In this document: in pieces, positions 51,231 through 62,829 of the stretch
Layout: each line of letters starts with the position of its first letter
How positions within the stretch are numbered: position 1 is the stretch's first letter
Assembly: GCA_028534125.1 (NCBI GenBank)
Contig: CM052818.1
Location: forward strand, 34,908,001 to 34,972,000
Direction of reading: 5' to 3'
Source of the DNA: Lama glama
Lineage: Eukaryota
Length of the DNA stretch: 64,000 nucleotides
The notes under the pieces: generated by a model
The model's database searches: none
Told to the model about the DNA's origin: nothing
The model's input: only the letters and a program-made list of their open reading frames with translations
Position numbers and translations under genes: made by a program

Positions 51231-52193
51231 TGTTTGTTACAACCTCAGAACCTCTTTTTCTCCAACTTGTAAACAGTATGTGGAGTGGGGGTGCGGGGTG
51301 GAGAGGAAGAGGTTTCTTTGAGGAACCAAGAACATTGGAGGGGATGGTGCCTCTGAGAGATACCACCAACTAGGGGAAGAATTTGCAGAGCATAGACTCA
51401 GGGCCTATCCTCTTTTCAACTTCTCTGACTCTGTATGAGAGCTGGAGTTGTCACAGCCAGCTGTCAGCCAGCATGCCTAGAATCCCACCTTTTGTTTGCT
51501 CTCAGATTCCTCTCCATTTCTCTCTGCCTTCTAGTAGGTGAGCTCACTTATCATCCCTTGCAGGACTCCTCAGTAGGCTTCTATCAACCCAGTTGTCATT
51601 CTCACCAGTCAGCACCCACCCATCTCCCAGCCGCTGCCTTTGAGGTCTCCACCAACTCCAAACCCTGTCCTGTTCAAAACTAGTTCATTCAGCGTTTCTG
51701 CTGTTTGCCACATCAGTATCAGTGCTTTTCCCGAATCAGGACTTCAGGATCTTGATTTTTAAATCTTTAAAAAGAATTTGTCAAAAAAGATCTCATTGGT
51801 GAGATGAAATTACAGAAAATCTCAGGTGTGATTTCCTCCATTTCTGCATTGCAAAGGAGATTATATTCAAAGTTGCAAAAAATGTGATGCCCTAGGCTAC
51901 AGAGGTGTTCCCAGGTAACAAATGTTGTGAATTAACATTTCAGAACATCTTTGGAAGTTTACCAGAAGAAATCTTTTATTTTGTTTGTTTTGTCTGAACA
52001 CTCAGAGAGATAGAAGCAAATTTTGTGTACATACTAAGATAAGCTGTGTTCCTGTATTTGGAATATAAGGAAGTGGTTCTACAAGGGACGGACCAAATGA
52101 ATTTACTTCCAGTTTATTAAGACCACAAGAGCAAAAATTAAAGCGTTTTGTATTAGCTATGCAGAAACACTCGGGTTTGAAATATCCAAATGC

Positions 52194-52301
52194 GGGGGAG
52201 CTATATCTCAAGTGGTAGAGCTCATGCTCAAGCATGCACAAGGTCCTGGGTTCAATCCCCAGTACCTCCACTAAAAATAAACAAACAAGTAAATCTAGTT
52301 A
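52194..52301 (+). mobile_element. tRNA-Ala-derived SINE
   Basis: CTCAAGTGGTAGAG...GGTCCTGGGTTCAATCCCCAGTACCTCC; perfect TSD AAATATCCAAATGC at 52180-52193 and 52302-52315. Confidence 0.9.
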
Positions 52302-54237
52302 AAATATCCAAATGCAAAGAAACTCACTTTAGAAGAAAATCTTAGTCTTACATCAAAGATCAGAATACAGTATATTATTTACCACTCCTATGAACTGCAA
52401 ATGGTGGCAAAAATAAATGAGTTTGTTCCATTTTTCTCCTTTTTTTCCTACCTCTTATGAGAGCTAGTTAACATTTTTGAGTGTCTACCATGTATCAAAA
52501 ACTGCCCCATTTGTTTAATCTAATCCTCAGAACGACATCCACTATGCCAACTAGTTCTAGTTTAAATTCATGACCACACATCTCAAAAGGAGTCTCAATG
52601 CTGCCAAGCAACCCTACCACACTTCTCCAGCATGTTCTCCGGCCCATCCTCCAACAACTATTTCAGACATTCTCCACTCTTCTCAAATCTCCCACATCCT
52701 CTTCTGCCTCCTCAGTCCTGACTGCCTCTCCTTTCTCGTCCTTGATCCCTCTCCACCTCACTCCATTCTAGGTCTTCTTTATATTCCACTAGATCTTCTT
52801 TATATCATGTACCAAACTCTTTCCTCTGGTCTTTGAAATTCCCCTTCTAACTGGACTGCTCCACACTCATCTTCACAGGGATAGTTTCTTCTTGTCTTTC
52901 TTGTCTTCTGTCCCAGCTCAAATGTCAAATTCTCCAAGAGGCTTTCCTTGTAAGTCTAAAGATGCTCTTACACCATCATTCCCTTTCACATCAAGTTGTT
53001 TTATTGTCTTCCAGGCATTTATCATCATCTGATAATTGTGTTGTCTATTTATTTCTCCCCTATCTCCACTTGAATAAAGCTCATGACAACAGGGCCTTAC
53101 CTACCTGGTTTACTTCTGTGTTCTCAACATCCAGATCTGAGCCTGTCACAAAATAGACTCAAAATGAATTTTTAGGGAGTAAACTATCCCAATTTTGGGC
53201 AAATGAGGAAACTGAAGATCAGACAATCTAAATAAGTTGCTTAAGTTCGCTCAGGTAGTAAATGATGAGGTTGGGACTTGAACCAAAATCTTTTTAGGTC
53301 CAGGTTGTATTCCTGTCCATGCAAAAAAAAAACTCTTTCTTGCTAGGATAAACATTTAAAAATGTATTTGGCCTCTGAGGAGTTCTTGTGAATGTGGACA
53401 GCATGTAAGACCACGTCAGAATGAATAGTCACATTCCTCAGGCAGAAAACCAAGGAGATGCCGAGGACATCTGGCTGGACAAAGCCCCGTGGTAACTAAG
53501 GAGCAGAGCAGCCCGGCTATTCCCAGCTTGCTCCTGGCTGGCTTTCAATTCCTCTGCCTTCCTTCCTGCTTCCTGCATCTCTGAGTCTCTGACCACCTGC
53601 AGTTCAGATCAGTTCAGTACAGGCTATGGTTTTCCCTTCATGCCCATGACGTGAGCTAGTTCATGCCTGTCAATAGCATCCAGATTTATGCTCTAGAGAA
53701 CCTGGAATAGGATATTTCCCATGGGGGTCTATCGACTAAATCTGTGTTTATACATCAGCCTTAATTCTCAGGAAGCTGCCTTTTTTTTTTCCAGAAAATG
53801 AAAACCTTGTGTTGACTCTTCATCAATCCTTAAACTGACTTATAAACAAAAAGGGAAGGAGAGAAAATGAGGACTGTTTTGGCTGTTGCCTTAATCAGCA
53901 TTCAGGGAAATCTTCATAAATCAGCTAGAGTCTCAAGGAATGCTGGATTTCAGGGATTATTTGTTGGATTACCTTCAGAAACCAAAATCTAGACAGGTTA
54001 CAGTATTATCAGCTATTGAATGTTTGTATACCTGGCATTACTCTAAGCTCTTTATGTGTATTTTATCTTTCCAACAAATGTATGAAATAGATACTATCAA
54101 TATTACACCCATGTTACACATGAGAAGACTGAGGCCAAGAAAGTTTTTTGTTTTTTGTTTTTTGTTTTTGGATTTGCCAGAAGTCACACCCTTATGTGAT
54201 AAAATTAGAATTTCATCCACTTGACCTGACTCTGGAG

Positions 54238-54680
54238 TAGAGGTTCTTAACCACCCCACCTACCACCTGCTTTGTGTTTGTTTTTTCACTATAGATTCCT
54301 TTGGCAGATTGTTGAGGCCCATGGACCCCTCCTCAGAATCTTTTTCAATGTGTAAATAAAATACACACGATTACAAAAAAAAAAAAGACATTTATATTAA
54401 AATACAGTGATCAGCTTACTAGAAAAAAAATTTGTGATATGGTAATACATGTGCTTCATTGTTAATGCCTCAAACAATAAGATCTGGTGGCAGGTCTAGT
54501 GATACTGAAACTGTGAAATTATGATAAATGCAAAAGTACTTCTGTAATATAATATGAAAATATCCGTGATTTCTGTTGGTGACAAGGTCATAGGTGACAA
54601 ATCAGTTTAAAGTTAATGAAAATAAAGATGTAATTTGTCTAAGCTAATGGACCCCCTCCCTTGGACCCCAGGTTAGGACG
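54238..54680. mobile_element. hAT-Charlie-like DNA transposon remnant
   Basis: AGAGGTTCTTAACC ... ATGGACCCCTCCTCAGAAT ... GGACCCCAGGTTAGGA, with imperfect inverted ends. Confidence 0.6.
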
Positions 54681-54757
54681 TGACACCTGACCAAGAACCT
54701 GAGGACATAATGCCCCCAAAAGTGTTATGAAGCCCTCCTAACTGGTCTCCCTGATTC

Positions 54758-54881
54758 TCTTTGGTGGGGGAGGGAGAGGAAATTAGGTTTATTTATTCAT
54801 TAAAAAAATTTTTAATGGAGGTACTGGGGATTGAACCTAGGACCTTGTGCATGTAAGCACACCACTGACCTATACCCTCCC
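54758..54881 (-). mobile_element. tRNA-Ala-derived SINE
   Basis: AATTAGGTTTATTTATT...GGAGGTACTGGGGATTGAACCTAGGACC...TATACCCTCCCC. Confidence 0.85.
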
Positions 54882-56180
54882 CTGCTGTTTCAAATCTCAT
54901 TTACTCTCCCTGCCGCATCCACTCTTCACTGGCTGTCATCCTAAATCACAGTCTAAAGGTTTCCTCCTTGGGGACTTGCTATGCACCCACCCTAGTCCTA
55001 AGCCCCATAGAATTTATCACCTTTTCATCTATGTACTTTAGGATTTTGCATATATGTTTATGATTGCATGTATGACAACGTATGGTATTCAATTTGTTTA
55101 TAGGTCTTGTTTACTTTAATATGAGCTACTTGGGATTAGGGGCTGTGTCTTGCTCATTTATTAATTTATCTACTTTTTCACTTAATAAAATTATATTGAG
55201 CCTCTAATATTACAAGGTATTATTCTAGGCACTGGAAATATAATAATGAACATTATAGACATAGCCCTTGTCCTCCCTGTTTCACCATTTTGCATTCATT
55301 TCTGGTCCTCTGTGTTTGGTGTATGGTCAAAAGATACTAAATTAATCTGTTCGATTGAATTGGATTGAATATTTCTAGGTCCTATTACTAGCTGGCAGAA
55401 ATTGCCCCTAAAATAAATATCTCTTGAGAAGTTCCTCAATTTTCATATTCTCATATAAATTGCCAGGTATATCGCCAACATTCAACATTCAAATCCTTTT
55501 CTCTCCTTTCCTCTTGCTGGCGCAGTCACCAAGTAAGCAAAATCTTGTTCCATAGTGAAAAATGGAAACATCTGGCTATTTGTAACTTTTGCAGAAGGGA
55601 AGACGAGTTGAGAATGTCTAATTTTGTCCTCTTTTCTGGTCAGGTACAATATATAAGATACAATAGCTAACATTTATTGATGGCTTACAATGTGTTATTC
55701 TAAGCACTTTATTATATCTATTGCCTCATTCAGACCTCATAATAACCACTAGCAGAGAGAACAGGGGCTTGGAAAGTTTAAGTGGCTTGCCCAGCTTCTG
55801 ATAGGCAGAATGTACTCAGGTGGGGAATTCCAGCCCAGGCAGTCTGTCTAGCATCTCTTCCTGTGTGCAGCCACTGCTATTGAATCAATGTAGGGTCAGA
55901 GGTAAGGACTTGGAACAGCCCTGGAACAGCCTACAGCCTGCCTCCTGGCCATGACCTAAGCAAACATGATCAAACAAGCAGGGTTGAGATGGCAGGCTGG
56001 TTAAGGCTGAAGTCTGTGGCTGGGGTAGAGCTAAGGAGGGCTTCAGAAGCCTTGTGCAAGGACACATTCATGTTTATACTGTGTATTTACTACTGTCTTT
56101 TTGAAACAAGTGATCAATTTATTTCCCCCTGGAATTAATGTTGGTTCTGCTATATCTGAGGCTACAGGAAAAAGTTTCTT

Positions 56181-56340
56181 TTTTTAAGATAGCATTATGT
56201 TGTATTTATTATTTAATTACTTTATTTTGATGAGGGGAGGTAACTAGCTTTATTTATGCTTAGAGGAGGTACTGGGGATGGAACCCAGGACCTCATGCAT
56301 GCTAAGCAAGCACTCTACCACTTGAGCTATACCTCTCCCG
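56181..56340 (-). mobile_element. tRNA-Ala-derived SINE
   Basis: GGAGGTACTGGGGATGGAACCCAGGACC...GAGCTATACCTCTCC; near-TSD GGAAAAAGTTTCTT / GGAAAATGTTTCTT. Confidence 0.88.
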
Positions 56341-57450
56341 GGAAAATGTTTCTTAAAAAAGAAATTGTCTTCGGATTATCATTAGACAGACTGGATAATT
56401 CTACCAAACTGGGGTATTTTTTAAAGTTAATTGTAATGAAATCTGATTATCATGTACAATATTTACCTAATCTAGGCTCCAACTAAAAACATAAAGCAGA
56501 AATACAAGGAGTACCTGATTATCTTTTTCACATATGAACAGAAGTAACCAAAAAAATATTTTTTCCTCCTCCAGTCAAAAGCTATAGCGTGTCTGAATGG
56601 ATTCAAAAAACAAACAAACAAACAAAAAAAAACGCAATTGTATATATTTACACATACGTAAGGCAGCAAAGGTAATGGCCACAGACACCCAGACTCTGGT
56701 TTACTCTCCCTGAAAAATCAAAATAAAAGAGGGGTATCCTCTAACTTCTTCCTAAATGGCTATAACTGAATTATGTAAACATAGTTTATTGCATAAAACT
56801 TCATTTCTTCACTGATATCACTTTCATCATAGTAATACTAAGCTCTGTTTATACCAAGGCCTGTTTCTAAATTATCTATAGTATTCTGTCCACTAATCCC
56901 AGTCAGTTTTGGAATCAGTTTCCCTAGTTTTGATTATTGACTCTTTTTGTTTTAAACAAGATTATTATTTCTTAAAAGTATGTTTTAAAACCTGTGAGGC
57001 AAGTCTTCCCACATTGCCCTTATTAAAAAAAAAGAAAACTTTATTGAATAATTTTTACTTCTTATTTGAGATAAATTTTAATTTCATTTTGTTAAAATAT
57101 ACCCAAATAAATCTCCCTTAGATATTAATTGGAATTAAAAGCATTTAGAATAGTCTTCTTATCTAAGGTCATGGTTTGTATATTTATTTATTAAGGGTCT
57201 TATTTTAGTTCTCTCAGAAATGAGTTATTTATTTCATATAGATTATAAACTATCAGGATATTTTTCTTCTTGACAATTAGTCCTAATTTTAGGTATGAGT
57301 GTATAAAATATGTATATGCGGGTCTGCTTATATGTGGTTTTTTTCAACAAGTATAGCACCTCTATTTTATTTTACAGATCTTTAAGTGTGGGGAGAAGTT
57401 TGTTCAATTAGAAATCATAATATGTGGAATCAAAAGAATTAGAGTTTGAG

Positions 57451-57570
57451 GGGAGGGTATAGTTCCAGTGGTCGAAGTCCTGGGTTCAATCCCAGTACCT
57501 CCTCTAAAAATAAATAAGTAAATATGATTACCTCCCCCTCGAAAACAAACAAACAAACAAACCCAAAACA
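57451..57570 (+). mobile_element. tRNA-Ala-derived SINE, internally deleted
   Basis: GGGAGGGTATAG...GTCCTGGGTTCAATCCCAGTACCTCC; TSD AGAGTTTGAG at 57441-57450 and 57571-57580. Confidence 0.88.
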
Positions 57571-58259
57571 AGAGTTTGAGTCATGATTCTAACCAAACTG
57601 TTTCAGCTTCCTGCCCTTGGGTGAGTCATGTTTATCTATTCCTTTGTTTTCGAGGCAGAGTTAGTACTGTGTGGGGAGACTGAACTATTGTGAATGGAGC
57701 TTTTTAACCTTTCTAATTAGTTATTACTGGTGTACAGAACATCTGTTGATTTTTTAACATAAATTTTTAATTGTGGTAAAATATACATAAAACTTACCAT
57801 TTTATTCATTTTTAAAAGTACAATTCAGTGGCATTAAATACATTCATATTGTTGTGCAACCATCACCACTATTCATTTCCAGAACTTTTTCATCATCCCA
57901 AACTTAAACTCTGTACCCATTAAACAGTAAGTCCCCATTTTCCCCTATTCCCAGACCCCAGTAACATTTGTTAATTTTTATACAACGATGTTTAATCAGG
58001 ACTTTTCAATGAACTCTTTTAAATTTTAAATTAAAACTATGTTTTAATTTGTATTTCACTGATACTCATGAATGAGATATTGTATTTATATATGTTATTA
58101 CCTACATGAACTTCTTTTGTGAATTGTCTATTCATATTTATTCTTTCTTCCTTTTGGAGCACACTGATGTTTCAGCAGAGGCACTAAAATGTGCTTTTTT
58201 CTCGTGGGAGAAAAACAATTCGATTCAATACATTTTAGATTGCTTCCCATGGGGCAAGC

Positions 58260-58820
58260 TATTCTCCACTATGAATCTGATTATATTCTGACCTTGGGTC
58301 CTTTCTTTTTCCACACAAAGTATAAAATCCCTCTTACTCCCTGAAGCTTAGCCCATTGGGAAGATTTTCCCTCATTGCTGTCTTTCAAGGTTACCTGAGT
58401 GGATGGTATTGCAACTGAGGTCCATTTTCATCTTGCTTCTGCATACCCAGCTGACCTATACATGAACAAGCTTGATTTTTCTCTTCCTTTGTCAGCTGGT
58501 CATACGGAAACCTCCCATGCAGCCACAGTGTGAGCTGAAGGAGGGGTATCAGTGCAGCAGCGGTGTGTGACTCGGGGACCTGGACCCCTGTATTGTGTAG
58601 CTTACTTACGCTCTCTGGCCTGATTGTGCCCAGTCCCAGATGGGCCACTTCCCTCTTACAATGAGTTGCTGTTGGGTCCATCTGACGTTATCATTTGGTA
58701 GAACTCACTGACAGAACCAAGCTCATAATAGATATTCTTTTCTGGCTGTGTGGTCAGGAGCTTCGTCTCTCCTGGGGCTCAGTGTCACGCCAGGAGTGCA
58801 TTTTTCAAAATGTGTGTAAT
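58260..58820 (-). mobile_element. ERVL/MaLR internal pol relic (connection / RNase H region)
   Basis: Minus-strand peptides RPESVSKLH and FPYDQLTKEEKNQA resemble ERVL Pol GPEGTSKLH and VPYDQLTEEEKTRAW. Confidence 0.72.
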
Positions 58821-61800
58821 TCTTCACATAACATTCAATTGATTGAATTTGTGGTGGTCTGCAGTCATCCTTTGGCAACCAAAAATAATGCCTATTTTAT
58901 CCCTTCCTTTTTTTTTTTTCATCAGATGGGACCATATCATGCATATGATTCTGCACCTTGCCTTTCTCACTTTAATATTTCTTAGATCTCTTTCTACGAA
59001 TGAGTAGCAAGGATATTTTCTCAGTATTATTTTTAATGAAGTATAGTTGATTTACAATACTGTGTTAGTTTCAAGTGTACTGAAAAGCAATTCAGTTTCT
59101 TATGTATATATATTAGATTCTGTTCCATCATAGATTATTACAAAATATTGACTATCATTCCCTGAGCTATACAGTAGATCCTTGTTGTTTCAGTACTGTT
59201 TTTAATAGGACTGAAATGTTAATTATAGGAAATGTTAACTACAGGAGATTGGTTATAATAATTGTAAATAATTCAAACAATGGAATTGAATGTAGCTCTT
59301 TAAATTTGTGTTGTATGTTGGAGTTTGAGGCTGTTAACTGGCCCATTTTGGCAAAAAATGGAAAGATTCATAGAGGAGGTAAGCATATGGAGATAAAAAT
59401 ACCACCTTCATAATGATAAAACTGTTGTAGATAAAACAGCCTAGGTGTGAGGGCCAAACGGGCTTGCTAGCACTTCCTGTCCCCAATTCCCCAAATCTAG
59501 ACCTTAAGATACCTCACCTTGGTGAAAGAGAAGAAGTATTTAAGGAGGTTAAATACTTAACTACACCAGTCCAGCGCAGGCAGGAAAGCAAAGGGAGTGA
59601 ATTCTTTATGTTTATGGTCTTTCAATAGCTCAGCTGCAACAATCAAGAAATGTGATTCAATGACTATCTCTCCCCAGACATGCAGGCACCTCATCCCTCT
59701 TCAGACTAGGCAATGAGTAAGGAAGATAACAAGAGGCCAGTATGGTTACTCTAGGGCATTTCCTCCACATGGAGATATCAGGTATTGTATTAATATATCT
59801 CCTGTCCTTCTAGGTCCATGTTTCTTAAAATGGAAATATAGTCTGCAGTATAGTTTAAGTATAAAAATATAATTAAACAGCATGTGTAATATGATTCATT
59901 TTCATTAAAGGATACATATATAATGTTTAAAAATAAATATAAAATCGAGTCATTATACATGCTATTTTGTAATAAATAAATATGAAAATAATCTGGGTGA
60001 TTTCTTTGTGGTGGATTTAAAATTTCTTCTTTCTATCTTTTAATACCCTATTGCTGCATTGCCCAGACCCCCTTCCAATATACATATCTCCCAGCTGCTG
60101 TGAGTGTTGGCAGCTGAGGGCTCATGACTGCATTTTTCTCAAAAGAATTGCCCTTGGTTAATAAGAACCATCTTTCCTGGAAATGCCTGCGGGGTTACAA
60201 CTGACCTCCATTCCTCACCAGGGAAGGAAAGGGAAGGCCTTTTTTCCTGTAAGTGTAAGGCTGTTTGATAAGAAGATACAAAAGCCTTATCTCATATCTC
60301 AAGGTGGGATAATTCTGTTGGGGCACTCATGCTCAGCTGAAGTATCAGGCTGAGGCTTGGCTTCAGCTGAAATCACAACTTTCCTTAGCTTCTTTTCCTA
60401 TCGTGCTTCCTTTATATTCTTACAGGTTTCTCCTCAGAGCGCTCCAATCAATTAATTGCATGAGGAGTCAAGTGTCAGCCTCTGCTTCTACAGATGTAAT
60501 GAATATCTACGGAATTTTTATGAGAAATTTTGTAAGCATGAAAAACGGTTATTTTTATTTTGAAAATAAAAATCTCATGTGGATTTCAAAACAGAGGATG
60601 GCTTGGGTTTGGGGTTGGACATTTGTAGCATGAAAATTCTTGACTTCATTTTCTGTAGAACACTGAGCTAAAGTTTGTAAGAGCAGGTCATTCACATAGA
60701 GCCAGACCTCTATTTTTTAATGTAGAGGAGATTTATTGTTACACTTAGAAGGACAGAAGGGTAAGTGGAAACTGTGGAGGTAGAGACAGTGAGCGTAGGC
60801 CACACTTTCAAAATATTTATGGGCAAAGAAGAGAAAGAAAAATAATTTGGTAGGGTAGGGTAAAGAGGTTTCTTTATTTAGTCTGGAAGGATTTTGAGTA
60901 GGCTTGTAAAAGATGGTAGAGGGGAGTCAGAGCTAGAAAATAATGAAAAAATAGGCATAGTTTATGGAGTACCATCCCAAAGAAGGTTGAGAAGGGATGG
61001 AGTCCTGTATACAGTATGGTGTACAGTGTACTGAAGGAAGGGTTGCCTATAGTAAAGAGAAGGAGGTTAGGATTAGCAAGTTTATAGCTAAATCTAGGGG
61101 CTGAACAGAGGCAAGGTGAGACTGCACCTAGGGGCCACTAATTTTTATATGATGAATGAAGCAATATTATATTATTATGAGAATCAATATTATTAGTCAA
61201 ATGAAGAGGCAAAAGTAGAAATAGAGCTAAGAAATTCTGACTTGATTAGAAATTAGGGAGAGTGTTGTAATGGGAGAGGGTGGGGTTTTAAGAAGAAAGA
61301 TCTGTCATCCATTGAAGGATGGGTTTGAGTAGGTGGGAGCAGAAACAGAACATTTAGGGAAATCCAGAACTTGAGTGGAAATGAAGTGAAAAGATGCAAG
61401 TAGGCATAACAAATTGAATCAATACACATTGGGACAAAAATACTTTCTGGGCTATAATTTAATAACAACAACAATAATAATAAATTACTCAGATCTGTGA
61501 AAGATTAAAAAGTAGGAACTGCAATACCACAGTGCCTACTCTTGAAGTTACAATTTCGGAATGGAGCTCCAGAAAAGCAAAGAAAGGACAGTGGGAATAT
61601 CTGCCCCAGCAGGATGTGAAAACAAGCTGAGGTTAAGTGCCCAGGCAACAGGGCTAGATGGCAAGCCCCAATCAATGGCTGGGAATGGAGATGGGCTTCT
61701 TGAATTTACTATAGACTTAGGCTTTAGAGGGAGATGGTATATACTTCGAGTGTTATGGATAGTTCTAAGAGTTACTAAAGGAATTTGTGAAAATATATCC

Positions 61801-62178
61801 ATATCAATTACTAATTTGGGGCTGTTTGATTAATGACTAAAGGAGAAAGACAAGGAATTATCTAGATGACCTCTCAAACTCCCTATTAAGACTTTGTGTG
61901 AGTGTGTGTAACAGATCCCTTTTGAAATATTAAGGGTAAGGTATGAATCCTTTTCTAGAAAAATGCACAACACACAAAATGTTGTCCATAATTTTAGGGG
62001 ATCCATGAACTTCTGAAACCCATTCATGGGCTCCAAGTCAAGTATTGTTCTCAACTATCTTTTCTCTTAAAAGTCAGTCCAACACTCAGTCTTATTTTAG
62101 AATATAGTAAGTTTAGTAGATCAGAAGCAGCTTCTGAAAGCAGGTGGATTTGGGAGATTAGTAGGCGTGACTACACAT

Positions 62179-62281
62179 TCTTTTTTGGGGGAGGGGGTAA
62201 TTAGGTTTATTTATTTTTTTAATGGCGGTACTGAGCATGCAAGGCACACACTCTACCACTGAGCTATACCCACCACCCCCA
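62179..62281 (-). mobile_element. tRNA-Ala-derived SINE, internally deleted
   Basis: GGGGGTAATTAGGTTTATTTATT...CTCTACCACTGAGCTATACCC. Confidence 0.85.
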
Positions 62282-62829
62282 TACAGTTTTTTAACTTTGT
62301 AAAGTATAAAGACATGGACCGTGCAACAGAAGATGCCACATTCTGATATTTTAGGAAGCCGTTATGGGCATTACAAATAATGGTTTCCGACTGCAGGTAC
62401 AGCTGAATCATTCAGTAAATATTTACTGGGCGCCTGATATGTACAGGCACTGCGCCAGGGACTGAGATCACCAACATAAAAAAGACACCATTTGTGTCCT
62501 TGATGAGACATTCACATGTAAAAGCGTGAATGTAGTTACTGGTGGCCTTAAGATAAAAGTCATCCAAGTTTGAGAGGCACTCTGGAGAGATGTAATGGGC
62601 TCTGAGCCGGCAATTTAACATTTGGTTTCACCACGTTCTAGACTCGAGAGTTTGGCAAGTCACTCGTTCTCAAATTGCTTCATCTATCAAATGGGGTAAT
62701 CAAGTAGACGAGAATTGTTCCAAATCTTCGAAAAGATAACCTTTGTAAAAAAATGGACAAATAAAAAACACAAGTTCGAGGCTTATTAAAATTGATAGCT
62801 CGGTAGGTCACCCCTAGAAGGAAGAGCTC

